DNA of 64,000 nucleotides from Candidatus Levyibacteriota bacterium (lineage in GTDB: Bacteria; Patescibacteriota; Microgenomatia; Levybacterales; UBA12049): the NCBI GenBank assembly GCA_016186645.1, contig JACPLF010000003.1, positions 4,112-68,111 on the forward strand. Reading direction: 5' to 3'. The notes beneath the pieces were generated by a model. That model did no database searches, was not told the origin of the DNA, and saw only the letters and a program-made list of their open reading frames with translations. The first letter of the stretch is position 1. Each line of letters opens with the position of its first letter. Positions 26,600 through 37,405 of the stretch are shown here, piece after piece. The position numbers and the translations under genes are program-made.

Positions 26600-27502
26600 A
26601 TGAAGATTTTTTCTGGTACTTCAAATAAGCCGCTTGCGGAAAATTTGGCAAAAGATTTAGGTATTGAGCTTTCTCCTCTTGAGGTTTTTATATTTCCTGA
26701 TGGGGAGAAAAGGATTAGAATTCTTGATAAAGTTTTGGATGAAGATGTTTTCGTCGTGCAATCTACCTCAAAGCCTGCGGATGAAAATTACATGGAATTA
26801 TTTTTTATTATTGATGCTCTCAAAAGATCGGGCGCAAAATCCATAACCGCGATTGTCCCGTATTTTGGCTACCAAAGGCAAGACCATCAATTCCGCGATG
26901 GGGAAGCTGTTTCTGTGAAAGTTGTTGCGGAAATTTTGGAAAAAGTCGGAATCAATAAATTAATTGCCTTGGATCTTCATTCGATCAAAATAGAGCAGGC
27001 TTTTGATATTTCTGTTATTCATCTGTCTGCGCTTTCTATTTTCGCAAAATTCATAAAAGAAAAAGTATGGGATAAAAATTCAACTCTTGTATCGCCTGAC
27101 ATGGGGGGTATAAGAAGAATTAAGATTTTGTCGAAAATGCTTGGTGATATGCCTTATTCTATTATTGAGAAAAACAGAGATTTGGCAACTGGTTTTGTGT
27201 TTGCGAACAAAATTGAGGGGAAAATTGGCAAAAGAGCAATTATAGTTGACGATATGATTTCGACAGGTGAAACTATTGATAAAGCAGCTTCTCTTTTGAA
27301 GAAAAATGAAGCAGAAGATATAGTTGTATTCGCAACTCATCCTGTTTTTTCCGAAATTGCCCCAAAAATTCTTCAGGAATCTGGGGTTAGTTCTGTTTAT
27401 GTAACAGATACAATTTTTGTACCAAAAGAAAAAAGATTCCCAAAACTAAAAATATTGTCAGTAAGCGAACTGATATCAACAGAATTAAAGAAGAATTCTT
27501 GA
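26600..27502 (+). CDS. prs: Ribose-phosphate pyrophosphokinase
   Basis: Motifs FPDGE, PYFGYQRQD, DLHS, SPDMGG and VDDMISTG. Confidence 0.96.
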   Translation: MKIFSGTSNKPLAENLAKDLGIELSPLEVFIFPDGEKRIRILDKVLDEDVFVVQSTSKPADENYMELFFIIDALKRSGAKSITAIVPYFGYQRQDHQFRDGEAVSVKVVAEILEKVGINKLIALDLHSIKIEQAFDISVIHLSALSIFAKFIKEKVWDKNSTLVSPDMGGIRRIKILSKMLGDMPYSIIEKNRDLATGFVFANKIEGKIGKRAIIVDDMISTGETIDKAASLLKKNEAEDIVVFATHPVFSEIAPKILQESGVSSVYVTDTIFVPKEKRFPKLKILSVSELISTELKKNS

Positions 27503-27628
27503 AGATGGAAGTGAGAATTTCTTGACTTTGATTTCTTGAATCGTTGATGTTCTTGAAGTCAAGAATTCTAAACATCAAATGTTCAAAATCAAAAATGTCA
27601 AGGACATCTAATTTCAAAAGTTCAGATT
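27493..27628 (+). repeat. TTCTTGA/TCAAGA inverted-array element, copy 2
   Basis: Ends immediately before the recR ATG. Confidence 0.8.
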
Positions 27629-28237
27629 ATGAAAATACCTAAAGCCATACAAAGCCTAATTGAGTCTTTTGAGAAACTGCCGGGCATTGGGCAGAAAACT
27701 GCCCAGCGCCTCACTTTTTATCTATTGCATATTCCGCAAGGCGAGTTAGATAACTTTGCCAATTCAATCCAGAATCTTAAAAAAGGAACAATTATTTGTT
27801 CTATTTGTTTTTCAGTTGATGAGGCCGACCCATGCAGTATTTGTGAGAATCGAGAGCGTGATAAGTCTATTATTTGTGTTGTTGAAGAGCCGTTGGATGT
27901 TTTGGCGCTTGAGAAAAACGGTAAATACCATGGTGTATACCATGTTCTGCATGGGAAAATAGATCCGCTAAACAATATAGGTCCGGACGAAATTTATATA
28001 AAGCAATTATTGGATAGAATTATGAATCAAGAATCAGGAATTAAGGAGGTAATATTAGCTACAAACCCGACAATGGAAGGAGAGGCGACGGCAATGTACA
28101 TAGCAAAACAACTCAAATCTCAAATCTCAAATCTCAAAATTACGAGGATTGGGAGAGGGCTGCCAACAGGCGCGGATATTGAATACGCGGATGAGTTAAC
28201 TCTTCAACGAGCCATGGAAGGCAGGCAAAATTACTGA
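27629..28237 (+). CDS. recR: Recombination protein RecR
   Basis: LPGIGQKTAQR, a C4 zinc finger, YHVLHG and ATNPTMEGEATA. Confidence 0.97.
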   Translation: MKIPKAIQSLIESFEKLPGIGQKTAQRLTFYLLHIPQGELDNFANSIQNLKKGTIICSICFSVDEADPCSICENRERDKSIICVVEEPLDVLALEKNGKYHGVYHVLHGKIDPLNNIGPDEIYIKQLLDRIMNQESGIKEVILATNPTMEGEATAMYIAKQLKSQISNLKITRIGRGLPTGADIEYADELTLQRAMEGRQNY

Positions 28238-28249
28238 TAATATTAAACT

Positions 28250-28580
28250 ATGAATGATGATACGATTTTGGGCGGAGTTTTAAATCAACTGGGACAAACT
28301 GCAAAAAAAAGCTGGACAGCAGATTGTAAAAATACCTGAAGAAATGGCAAATGATGCGGGCGGTCAGATTGGTTCTGCAAAGCATCAGTGGCAGTCAGAT
28401 GAGGAAAGAATAAAATTCTTAAGATACCTTTACGGTTCGGATAAAGACGCAAATCCTTCGGATGGAAAACCTACGGAGTTTGAAGAGAAATTAAAGGAGA
28501 AGGATTTGGCGATTCCTAAGTCGGAACAGGAATTGGATGAGTTTTTGGCAAAGCCTTTGCCCCGAAAAACAGCGGGTTAA
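28250..28580 (+). pseudogene. Frameshifted paralog of 29519-30016
   Basis: MNDDTILGGVLNQLGQTAKK, then a +1 shift in the A8 run (28303-28310) into QIVKIPEEMA...QWQSDEERIKFLRYLYG. Confidence 0.7.
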
Positions 28581-29002
28581 GAAAACAAATCTAGTGTCGT
28601 AGCCGCATTTGGATCGTTTACTTTCTGCACCAGCTTCTCGTCCGCCGAAATTAAAATAATCCTATTTTCCGCTGCCAAAGTAACATATGCGCTGTCATAA
28701 GCGGAAATTTTATATTTATGGCAATTTTTCAAAGATTTTAAGAGCAGGTCATGCGTCGCAATCGTTTGCGGACTTGCTTTTAAAACCATTCTCAAAAGCT
28801 TTCTTGATTGAACGTAAGATAATTTATTCTTTAACATTGCTGAAGCAAAACCATTAACGATTTCATATTCCCAAATTTCCGGAGCAAGAAGCAAAATATC
28901 ACCCTTTTCCGATAGGGTGAGCAAATTTCTTGCTTTCTCTGAATCTTTTTCCTCAAAGACCCACTTGAGGCAAACCGAAGCATCAACAACAACCTTTCTC
29001 AT
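28577..29002 (-). CDS. VapC/PIN-domain toxin
   Basis: Motifs VVVDASV, YEIVN, SAYDSAY and SADEKL. Confidence 0.88.
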   Translation of the reverse strand: MRKVVVDASVCLKWVFEEKDSEKARNLLTLSEKGDILLLAPEIWEYEIVNGFASAMLKNKLSYVQSRKLLRMVLKASPQTIATHDLLLKSLKNCHKYKISAYDSAYVTLAAENRIILISADEKLVQKVNDPNAATTLDLFS

Positions 29003-29238
29003 TCAAACTTTCTTCCGCTTTTAATCAAATCCAGAGCGGAAATGTTAATTTTAACCGCAGATTTTTTAAATTTTTCAGCCATATTAATCTGAATAGAACT
29101 AGTTAACTGTTTGTTTTTATATAAGGATACGGCATGTCTAATTAATGCTGCTGTACTTTTTCCTTCAGAGAAAGCCAAGAGTTTAATCTTGTTGTATTCA
29201 TCGGCAGGAAATCTTAAATTGGTTGCAATTGTGTCCAT
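28999..29238 (-). CDS. RHH/CopG-like antitoxin
   Basis: TNLRFP...STAALIRHAV. ATGA overlap with the PIN gene. Confidence 0.75.
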   Translation of the reverse strand: MDTIATNLRFPADEYNKIKLLAFSEGKSTAALIRHAVSLYKNKQLTSSIQINMAEKFKKSAVKINISALDLIKSGRKFE

Positions 29239-29244
29239 AGCACC

Positions 29245-29273
29245 ATGGTACCATGGTACCATTTCCCTGTCAA
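29245..29273 (-). promoter_or_regulatory. TA promoter with 18-bp palindromic operator
   Basis: TTGACA-N17-TACCAT-N6-ATG. ATGGTACCATGGTACCAT overlaps the -10 box. Confidence 0.7.
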
Positions 29274-29518
29274 GAGCTAATTTCACTTTGAATTCACTTT
29301 AAGGATTTAGAGTTATTATTCTAAACTTTTTGGAGGGAGGCGGGGATGGAAACTTGTCAAGACATATTATTTGGTTTTTCGGCGTATCTATTGTAAAGCC
29401 AACCATTATCAAGTTACTAGTTTCAAAAAAAATAGAAGGAGATGATATGATTGGGGAGTGAAAAAAGCGCTGAAAAATAATAGTTGGAATTTGACCTAAT
29501 TTTAAGTAAACTTATGTT

Positions 29519-30016
29519 ATGGAGGATACGACGATTTTGGGATCCACACTTGGACAGTTGGGGCAGACGGTTAAGAAGGCGGCAAAGCAGGTTGTAAAAA
29601 TACCTGAGGAGATGGCAAGGGATGTGAGTGAGCAGGTTGGGGCAGTAAAAGAACCTGCAGAAAACAAGGCGCAAGAAAATAAGCCTCAACAGCAATGGTC
29701 TTCGGATGACGAAAGGATAAAATATTTAAGAGGCCTCTATGGCAAATCAGATATGCCTCAAGATAAATCCCCGGAGGAGCAGAAAAAATTATTAGAGCTT
29801 CGTCAGCAACTGCACAAAGAAAATTATTATGATCCGACGTTTAATCGGCCGCAAAATCCGCCAGCTGGCGGAGAAGAGCGTGCTGCGGAGAAAGTAGAAA
29901 ACGAGAAAAAGGAAGAAATACAGGATTTGCAGCAAAAAAAAGCGGAAAAACCGCCTCCTCTGGCTGTTGTCCGAGAGCGAAATAAAGCAGAAATGTTCCG
30001 CGGCGCATCAGGATAA
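29519..30016 (+). CDS. Hypothetical protein (charged, helical)
   Basis: Intact paralog of 28250-28580. Confidence 0.7.
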   Translation: MEDTTILGSTLGQLGQTVKKAAKQVVKIPEEMARDVSEQVGAVKEPAENKAQENKPQQQWSSDDERIKYLRGLYGKSDMPQDKSPEEQKKLLELRQQLHKENYYDPTFNRPQNPPAGGEERAAEKVENEKKEEIQDLQQKKAEKPPPLAVVRERNKAEMFRGASG

Positions 30017-30018
30017 AT

Positions 30019-30056
30019 CCTTAGGTGTCTAGCTTGTACATACCTGGTGTGTGCAC
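30019..30056 (+). repeat. AGGTGTCTAGC...ACCTGGTGTGT repeat, copy 1
   Basis: Near-identical to 41266-41301. Confidence 0.75.
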
Positions 30057-30128
30057 TGTGTGTGTGCACTCTTGAGAAATTAGCCTCAAAACTTGACATA
30101 CAACCAAGGGAATGTTAAACTATAAGAT

Positions 30129-30506
30129 ATGAGAAGTTTGGAAGTTGGAAGACAAGCTGCAAAATATACATTTAATACCGCAAAAGAAATCTCTGGAATT
30201 GGTAGAGCTCAAAGAGCATATAAGCAAGAATTATCTACAGGCCATGTTGAGTCAGTTCTTTATGGAGCAGTTAACGGTTTAGTTAGTGTTGCTGCGCCTT
30301 TAGCCATGAAATCAGTGGAGAATGGAAAAGGCATTTTTCCAGGATTTTTAATTGACATTCCAGTTAACGCTTTAGCTTTAAGTTTCTTGCGTGCAGGGGA
30401 TATTCAAGCTGCATTTATTACGAAGATTGGTTATAATGTCCTAGTCCAGTTAGCCCCTGACGTAGCTAAATTGGCTAAAGGAAGATTTTTTCAGCGGGCA
30501 AAATAA
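30129..30506 (+). CDS. Hypothetical protein
   Basis: TTGACA...TAAACT-N7-ATG, with hydrophobic stretches. Confidence 0.6.
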   Translation: MRSLEVGRQAAKYTFNTAKEISGIGRAQRAYKQELSTGHVESVLYGAVNGLVSVAAPLAMKSVENGKGIFPGFLIDIPVNALALSFLRAGDIQAAFITKIGYNVLVQLAPDVAKLAKGRFFQRAK

Positions 30507-30561
30507 TATTTTCCTCAGCTTTCTTCTGGCGAGACCTCTTGTTTAATAGTATAATTACCTC

Positions 30562-31950
30562 ATGTTAAAGATTTACAATACATTAACCCGGAAAGTGGAG
30601 GATTTTAAGCCTCTGAATCCGCCGGTTGTAAATATGTACACTTGCGGGCCCACAGTTTATGATTATCAGCATATTGGCCATATGCGGCGTTATGTTGGCG
30701 ATGACATTCTTGTCCGCACTTTGGACTTTAATAATTTCAAAGTAAAGCAGGTCATGAATATTACGGATGTCGGCCATTTGACATCGGATTCAGATACAGG
30801 AGAAGACAAAATGGAAAAGGGAGCGCGCAAATTTGGGATGAGTGTTTGGGATATCGCCAAAAAATTTGAAAAGCAATTTTTTGATTCCGCCCGCGCATTA
30901 AATATTAGGAAACCAGATATTTTGATGCATGCTACAGATTATATAAAGGAACAAATTGTTTTTATCCAGACTTTGGAAAAGAAGGGCTTCACTTACAAAA
31001 TTGATGATGGAGTATATTTTGACGCATCTAAGTTTCCGGATTACGGAATTCTGACAGGTCAGAGGTCGGAAGAGTTAAAAAAAGGAGCACGAGTAGAATT
31101 TGTTAAGGGTAAGAGAAATGTTACAGATTTTGCTCTTTGGAAGTTTTCTCCAAAAGGCGAAAAAAGACAAATGGAATGGGAGAGTCCGTTTGGCTTAGGT
31201 TTTCCGGGATGGCATATTGAATGTTCTACAATGGCAATAAAAGGCTTGGATACAGAGACTTTGGATATTCACACAGGCGGAATTGACCATATTGCAATTC
31301 ATCACACCAATGAAATTGCGCAATCAGAGGGAGCAACCGGCAGGCAATTCGTAAAATATTGGGTGCATCATAATTTTCTGCATGTTGATGGAGCGAAAAT
31401 GAGCAAGAGTATTGGTAATATTTTTACAGTTGAGGAAGTTGTCAGAAGGGGATTTGATCCATTGGCTTTAAGATATTTGTATTTGCAGACTCATTACAGG
31501 CAGGAAATGAATTTTACCTGGGATGCTTTGGAGGGAGCGCAAATTGCGTACAAAAGGTTGATTGATGAAGTTTCTAAGTTTAAAAATCCAAAAATCGGCT
31601 GCGCAGAATTTGAAGGGAAATTCTTGGACGCGATAAATGATGATTTGAATATGGCCAAAGCCTTATCTGTTGTTTGGGATTTGATCAAATCCGATTATCC
31701 GGATAGCGCCAAAGCAGAAAGCATTTTGAAAATGAATCAGGTTTTGGGTCTTGATTTGGAAAAAGCGAAAGAAAAGAAAAAGAAAATAAAAATCGTTGTT
31801 CCGCAAGAAGTGCAAATACTTATTGAAGAACGTAACAAGTTGAGAAAACAGGGGAGTTATACTCAGGCAGATCACATCCGCAACAAGATTAAAAAATTAG
31901 GTTTCAATATAAAGGATACAAAAAAGGGAGTGATAGTTGAGAAGATTTAG
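30562..31950 (+). CDS. cysS: Cysteine--tRNA ligase
   Basis: Motifs CGPTVY, HIGH, DFALWK, PGWHIECS and KMSKS. Confidence 0.97.
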   Translation: MLKIYNTLTRKVEDFKPLNPPVVNMYTCGPTVYDYQHIGHMRRYVGDDILVRTLDFNNFKVKQVMNITDVGHLTSDSDTGEDKMEKGARKFGMSVWDIAKKFEKQFFDSARALNIRKPDILMHATDYIKEQIVFIQTLEKKGFTYKIDDGVYFDASKFPDYGILTGQRSEELKKGARVEFVKGKRNVTDFALWKFSPKGEKRQMEWESPFGLGFPGWHIECSTMAIKGLDTETLDIHTGGIDHIAIHHTNEIAQSEGATGRQFVKYWVHHNFLHVDGAKMSKSIGNIFTVEEVVRRGFDPLALRYLYLQTHYRQEMNFTWDALEGAQIAYKRLIDEVSKFKNPKIGCAEFEGKFLDAINDDLNMAKALSVVWDLIKSDYPDSAKAESILKMNQVLGLDLEKAKEKKKKIKIVVPQEVQILIEERNKLRKQGSYTQADHIRNKIKKLGFNIKDTKKGVIVEKI

Positions 31951-32930
31951 TTTTTTGTTTTTAGAAATTCTAATGTTTCCTTCGCATTTTGAAACTTCAT
32001 AAGTTCTGTTCTCACATTACTTGCGTTTGGCATGCTCGCCTCGCTGAAGCTTTGGCGAAGCGGGCCGGAGATGTAGATTTTGTAGAACTTTTTCATAATG
32101 GAGAAGTTTTTAGTTTTGCCCCAAGTTTTGTCAAAAAGCGTAATGTGCGTAATTAATAATTTTAATTTTTCTTGATAAGAAATGCTTGCTGGGTTTATGG
32201 ATTTATTATAAATCCAAAGGTTGTCAAAAATTCCCCGTCCTATCATAATTCCATCAACTTTATATCTCTTGTATTTTTCCATTGCATCGTCAAGACTTTT
32301 TACATCGCCATTTCCGATAATTAGGGTTTTGACTTTCATAGCATCTCTCAATTTAACAACTTTTCCGATTTCATCCCAGTGGGCCGGAACATCTGACATT
32401 TCCGCAGCTGTCCGGCCATGAATTATAAGGCAATCAAGATTTAATCCCAGCAAAAATCTTGCCCATTTTTCTGTTTGAATATTTTTAATTCCGATTCTGG
32501 TTTTAACGCTTACAGGGAGACCACTGGCGCCCTCCCGTGTTGCCAAAATAATTTCTTTGGCAAGTGCATGGTTGTTTATTAAAGCAGCACATGAGCCTTT
32601 TTTTACAACTGATTTTTCCGGACACCCCATGTTGATGTCAATCCCATCAAAACCTCTGAGTCTTATTAATTTTGCAGTTTCAAAATAATTTTTGGGATTG
32701 TTTCCCCAAATCTGCGCAACAATCGGGTGTTCAATATCTGTAAATTTTAATCTTTTCCCAACTTTGTCCCGGCCTTTTGAACACATGCCTTCGACATTTG
32801 TGAACTCTGTAAAAAAGACATCGGGTTTTCCACATCTTGCAATTATTTGTCGGAAAACCGTATCAGTCACATCTTCCATTGGGGCCTGAATCAAAATCGG
32901 TTTTTTAAGACTAGTCCAAAAGTTCTTCAT
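31947..32930 (-). CDS. tRNA-dihydrouridine synthase
   Basis: Motifs APMEDVTD, DINMGCP, SVKTRIG, HGRT and NGDV. Confidence 0.93.
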   Translation of the reverse strand: MKNFWTSLKKPILIQAPMEDVTDTVFRQIIARCGKPDVFFTEFTNVEGMCSKGRDKVGKRLKFTDIEHPIVAQIWGNNPKNYFETAKLIRLRGFDGIDINMGCPEKSVVKKGSCAALINNHALAKEIILATREGASGLPVSVKTRIGIKNIQTEKWARFLLGLNLDCLIIHGRTAAEMSDVPAHWDEIGKVVKLRDAMKVKTLIIGNGDVKSLDDAMEKYKRYKVDGIMIGRGIFDNLWIYNKSINPASISYQEKLKLLITHITLFDKTWGKTKNFSIMKKFYKIYISGPLRQSFSEASMPNASNVRTELMKFQNAKETLEFLKTKN

Positions 32931-32948
32931 AAAATTTAGGAGTACAAA

Positions 32949-34046
32949 TTAGAGCTTGGCAGGATTTATGCGAATTATTTTGTCATCCGCCCCATCGGGA
33001 ATTCCGCGGCCGTCCCGATTGGAAGTTGTAATATAAAGTAAATTGTCAAGACCAGCAACAACCTCCCTAATTCTTCCAATTTCGCCTTTGAGATAAGGGG
33101 TAAGGGTTTTACTTTCAATATTATATTCATACAGCGCTTGCCCTCTTAATCCCGCAAAAAATATCGAACCATCATAGTAAGCTGCGCCGCTTGGAGCCCA
33201 AGTATCTGGGCCGCTGTTAATTACTGGAGTTTTCATTCCGTTTTTTGTTTGATCTCCGGCAATTTCCGGCCATCCATAATTTTTGCCATTCTCAATTATG
33301 TTTAATTCATCGGTTGCACTGGCGCCGTGTTCTGTTTCCCACAATCTGCCAGTTTCATCCCAAGTAATTCCCTGCGGATTTCTGTGCCCGTAACTAAAAA
33401 CTTCAGTACCCTCATCTGTTACTCTTAGAATTTTTCCGGCTAAAGAATTTTTATTTTGCGCCAAAGATGGGTTTTGGGAATCCCCGGTTGTGATGTACAA
33501 AAATCCATCAGGACCAAATTTTATCCGTCCTCCATTATGAAAAACGTTGCCTGGAATTTTGTCTACTATTATAGTTTTGTCCGAAAAAGAATTATTGTCA
33601 AACTTAAATCTTACAACTCGGTTAAGAGTTTGATTCCCATTTGCTCCATAAGTATAATATAAATAAACAAAATGATTGTTGGAAAAATTGGGATGAATTG
33701 TTATTCCCAAAAGTCCGCCTTCACCAAACTGTTTGACGTCATCAATAGTCGCTATCGGGTCGGGGAGTAACTCTCCCATTTTGTCGATCAATCTTACCCG
33801 TCCAGGCCTTTCTGTAAGAATAATACTTCTGTCTGGGAGGAAAGTTAAAGCCCATGGAACTTCAAGATTATCTGCGACTGTTGAAAGGCGAGGCGCTTTG
33901 GTTGCATCAACTACTGATATTGTCTGCATCTCGCCAGTTTTTATAAAAGGAATTTTAGCATGTTTCTGAAGGTACTGAGAATAAAAGACAGCACCAATAA
34001 GACCTAGAGCCAAAACAATCAATAAAATCAATTTAGCTTTTGACAT
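32949..34046 (-). CDS. PQQ-dependent glucose/sorbosone dehydrogenase
   Basis: Motifs EGGLLG, HNGGRI, SYGHRNPQG and NYGWP, with an N-terminal membrane anchor. Confidence 0.9.
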   Translation of the reverse strand: MSKAKLILLIVLALGLIGAVFYSQYLQKHAKIPFIKTGEMQTISVVDATKAPRLSTVADNLEVPWALTFLPDRSIILTERPGRVRLIDKMGELLPDPIATIDDVKQFGEGGLLGITIHPNFSNNHFVYLYYTYGANGNQTLNRVVRFKFDNNSFSDKTIIVDKIPGNVFHNGGRIKFGPDGFLYITTGDSQNPSLAQNKNSLAGKILRVTDEGTEVFSYGHRNPQGITWDETGRLWETEHGASATDELNIIENGKNYGWPEIAGDQTKNGMKTPVINSGPDTWAPSGAAYYDGSIFFAGLRGQALYEYNIESKTLTPYLKGEIGRIREVVAGLDNLLYITTSNRDGRGIPDGADDKIIRINPAKL

Positions 34047-34191
34047 ATTAAATATTATATTTATTCTAAGTTTAAACTGCAATCATAAGAAAAAATAAAA
34101 ATTGCACATAAAAAAATAAGAGTTTTATACTTTTTCAGCGCGCAAGTAATACCTGCAAAGTGTTTATTAAAAGCACCAAAGACAAAATTAG

Positions 34192-34233
34192 GTATATAAC
34201 TACTTAAAGCGATCGCATCAAATTATTATATAC
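34192..34233. repeat. GCGATCGC-core dyad
   Basis: GTATATAACT-N7-GCGATCGC-N7-TATTATATAC. Confidence 0.8.
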
Positions 34234-34301
34234 GTAAATGTTAGATGGTCTGTAGGATTTTCCCCATTGCAGACTATACCTTCTTGCACTACAGTTTAAT
34301 A

Positions 34302-37300
34302 GTGAGATTATTTGCTCGTAATCTTTTATTCATCATTTCTTTCATTTTCCTTTTGTTATTTCCCTCAAATGTAAGCGCGGCAGAATTGCAGCCGGGAAGC
34401 GTTTGGCAGTGGAATGATGCATCCGCCTCTGCAGTTACTCAAAAACAAGGTTTAAGCAATGTAGCTTCTGTTAGTATAGGTCGTGATCATAGTCTTGCTT
34501 TGGAAAGTGACGGTACTGTGTGGGCATGGGGAAATAACCAATACGGGCAGTTGGGTAATGGAGAGAGCGGAGGAAGCCTTGTTGATCCGGTTCAAGTAAA
34601 ACTTTTGGGAGGTGGTTATCTGACGGATGTTAAAGGTATTTCCGCAGGATACAAATGGAGCATTGCCATTAGAAATGATGGGACAGTTTGGGTGTGGGGC
34701 TACGATGGATATGGAGCAAGAGGAGCAGGAGTAGGAAATAATGACAGTGACAGCAAGCTTCTCGTAGCAACGCAGGTTAAAGGTCCAAGCAACTTTCTGC
34801 AAATTGTTGCAATAGCCGCAGGAGATAATCACAGCATTGCGCTAAAAGCCGACGGAAGTGTCTTTGCATGGGGATTAAATAATAATGGGCAAGTGGGTAT
34901 CGGCTGTTATTTATATAATTGTAGTCGAATCGATAGTCCAGTTAAAGTTCTCGACAATGCTATTGCAATTGCCGCAGGCGGACATCATACCCTTGCGGTG
35001 AAAGCAGATCAAACGGTTTGGGGATGGGGAAGAACAAGTGAAGGACAGTTGGGATCTATCACCGGTAGTTTTGGAGTTCAGGGGTCTCCTATCCAAATTC
35101 CAGGAATTTCCGGAATAAAAAATGTTTGGGCAAAAACAAACTGGAATGTCGCTTTGTCTAATAATGGAAGCCTATTCGGTTGGGGACATGGGAGTTATAC
35201 ATATTCTGGCGATAGAAATCCGAAACAAGTATCTGGTTTAGGCGAGGTAACGTTGGCGGCTGTTGGACAAACGATTTTTGCTCCAGTTGGTATTGCTGTA
35301 AAAGGCGATGGGACGTTATGGTGGTGGAATGCCGAAAATAATAGTAATCCAACACAGATTTCAACCCTTTCAAACATCGGCTCTGTTGCAGTCGGTTTGT
35401 TTACTCCTAGTCTTGCTTCGGTTTTCCTTCCAGCTCCAACCCCAACTCCGACACCAACACCTACTCCCAAAACTCCTTTAATCTTAATTCCCGGCATCGG
35501 AGGGTCAGAGTTGAAAGTTGTCGAGGAAACATATTGGTTAGAAAAAGATGATGGGCATGGAGGAAATTTTAATTATATTTATCCTACGGACGAAACAGTT
35601 TGGCTAAATGAAGACAAAGCAAAGGATTTTGGTGAAGATGACTATTTTGATGTTTTGAGAATGAAAAATGATGGTATAACTTCCGAAGCAAATATAGGGA
35701 TTACTGAAAACTTGCTAGGTAGAGCTTACCAGGGGACAATAGATTTTTTTATTTCCAACGGTTACGAATTAAATAAAAATTTTTTTGTTTTTCCTTATTA
35801 TTGGAGAAAAGATATTGCATTAACAGCATTACTTCTTAATGAAAAAATAAATGAAATAAAAACACAAACGGGGAGTCAAAAAGTGGATATTGTTGCTCAT
35901 AGTATGGGAGGACTGGTGGCTAGAAATTATATATCCGATGTGACAAAAGCTCAAAATGTCAGAAAATTATTTACTTTAGGAACCCCGCATCTGGGGTCAG
36001 TGGATTCGTTAAAGAATTTGAGATACGGCGCTTGCCTAACTCCTTTGCCTATATCATTAGGCCCATTGTGCCTAGGAATAGCAGATACAGAAACAAATGA
36101 TGTTGTTCAGAATATGGTTAGTGTATTTCAATTAGTACCAAGTCAAGCTTATTTTAATTTTTATTCCGGAGAAGATAATCAGCACCCATTTCCCTATAGA
36201 ACAGAATCAGGAACTTTGAACTATATGCAAATTAAAAATTTATTAACCGGTCTTAATTTTAACACGCCTCTTTTTAATCCCTCTGAAGCTTTTCATACTC
36301 TGGATAATTCGTTATTCAGTACGAATGGCGTTGATGTAACGTTAATTGCAGGTTCCGGCCAAAAAACTTTGGGGCAAATTGTTGAAGAAAAAAGGACTTC
36401 CTTGTTGGGAATTCCATATATTCATAAAGACACAATTAATATCAATGGCGATGGGACAGTTTCGCTTTTTAGCGCTTCTCTTAACGACTCCGATAATGGT
36501 ATTTCTTTTTTGGGTAATGCAAAAGTTTTTTATACGAAGCAGGATCATGGTAATCTGGTTTCTTCGGGGTCAGCATTAAATCTCATAAAAAATATTTTAA
36601 ACGATGATAATCAGTTGCCTGTTGGAGTTTCTGCCCAACCCTATTTTTTCAGTGGAAGTCAAATTTCCGTGCATTCTCCTGTTAACATTCATGTTTATGA
36701 TTCATTGGGAAACCATACTGGCCCAACAAGCAATGGAGATTTTGAAGCGAATATTCCAGGAAGTTCTTACGATACTTTGGATGATGCTAAATTTATTTGG
36801 CTTCCGGATAACGGACAGTATGATATTAAATTTGAAGCAACTGATCAGGGTAGTTTTGATTTCAAAATCAGAAAATATGAAGATGATGAAAATACGGAAA
36901 CTATACTCTATAAAGAAATTCCATTAGCCAATAATACAAAAGCGGAAACTTCATTTGATACTCAATCTTCAGAAGTTCCCATTATTAGAATTGATGAGGA
37001 TGGAAATGGCAATTTTGACTTTAATATAGAGCACTTCAGTATTTTGGAAGGAGATGCAAATTATGATTATACTCCTCCAACTATCTCCTCAGCTGTTAAT
37101 CCAAAATCTATCTGGCCGCCAAACAATAAGATGGTTAATGTAAATATTACAGGCGCTATAACTGATGAGAATCCATATTTAGTAACAATCTTGGTTGATG
37201 ATGAATATGACTTAATTGAACCTTCAATAACTATCCAGAATCAGACAAATATTAATGAAACTATAAAGTTGGAAGCTTCAAGAAAAGGTGGCGATAAAGA

Positions 37301-37400
37301 TGGGAGGAAATATACAATAAAAATATTGGCTACGGATCTGGCTGGAAATACTTCGCTTTCTATTGCAGAAGTAATTGTTCCGCATGACCAGAGGAAATAA
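34302..37400 (+). CDS. Secreted RCC1-repeat + PT linker + LCAT/PGAP1-like lipase + Ig-like protein (start uncertain)
   Basis: Signal peptide, repeated HSLAL..DGTVWAWG.N..GQLG, PTPTPT, IPGIGGS, AHSMGG and GTPHLG. Confidence 0.85.
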   Translation: MRLFARNLLFIISFIFLLLFPSNVSAAELQPGSVWQWNDASASAVTQKQGLSNVASVSIGRDHSLALESDGTVWAWGNNQYGQLGNGESGGSLVDPVQVKLLGGGYLTDVKGISAGYKWSIAIRNDGTVWVWGYDGYGARGAGVGNNDSDSKLLVATQVKGPSNFLQIVAIAAGDNHSIALKADGSVFAWGLNNNGQVGIGCYLYNCSRIDSPVKVLDNAIAIAAGGHHTLAVKADQTVWGWGRTSEGQLGSITGSFGVQGSPIQIPGISGIKNVWAKTNWNVALSNNGSLFGWGHGSYTYSGDRNPKQVSGLGEVTLAAVGQTIFAPVGIAVKGDGTLWWWNAENNSNPTQISTLSNIGSVAVGLFTPSLASVFLPAPTPTPTPTPTPKTPLILIPGIGGSELKVVEETYWLEKDDGHGGNFNYIYPTDETVWLNEDKAKDFGEDDYFDVLRMKNDGITSEANIGITENLLGRAYQGTIDFFISNGYELNKNFFVFPYYWRKDIALTALLLNEKINEIKTQTGSQKVDIVAHSMGGLVARNYISDVTKAQNVRKLFTLGTPHLGSVDSLKNLRYGACLTPLPISLGPLCLGIADTETNDVVQNMVSVFQLVPSQAYFNFYSGEDNQHPFPYRTESGTLNYMQIKNLLTGLNFNTPLFNPSEAFHTLDNSLFSTNGVDVTLIAGSGQKTLGQIVEEKRTSLLGIPYIHKDTININGDGTVSLFSASLNDSDNGISFLGNAKVFYTKQDHGNLVSSGSALNLIKNILNDDNQLPVGVSAQPYFFSGSQISVHSPVNIHVYDSLGNHTGPTSNGDFEANIPGSSYDTLDDAKFIWLPDNGQYDIKFEATDQGSFDFKIRKYEDDENTETILYKEIPLANNTKAETSFDTQSSEVPIIRIDEDGNGNFDFNIEHFSILEGDANYDYTPPTISSAVNPKSIWPPNNKMVNVNITGAITDENPYLVTILVDDEYDLIEPSITIQNQTNINETIKLEASRKGGDKDGRKYTIKILATDLAGNTSLSIAEVIVPHDQRK

Positions 37401-37405
37401 AGCAA

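Noticed and set aside
35431-35470. CCAAC(C/T/A) tandem repeats in the RCC1 protein
   Set aside because: This is a codon-periodic Pro-Thr linker, an ordinary protein low-complexity region.
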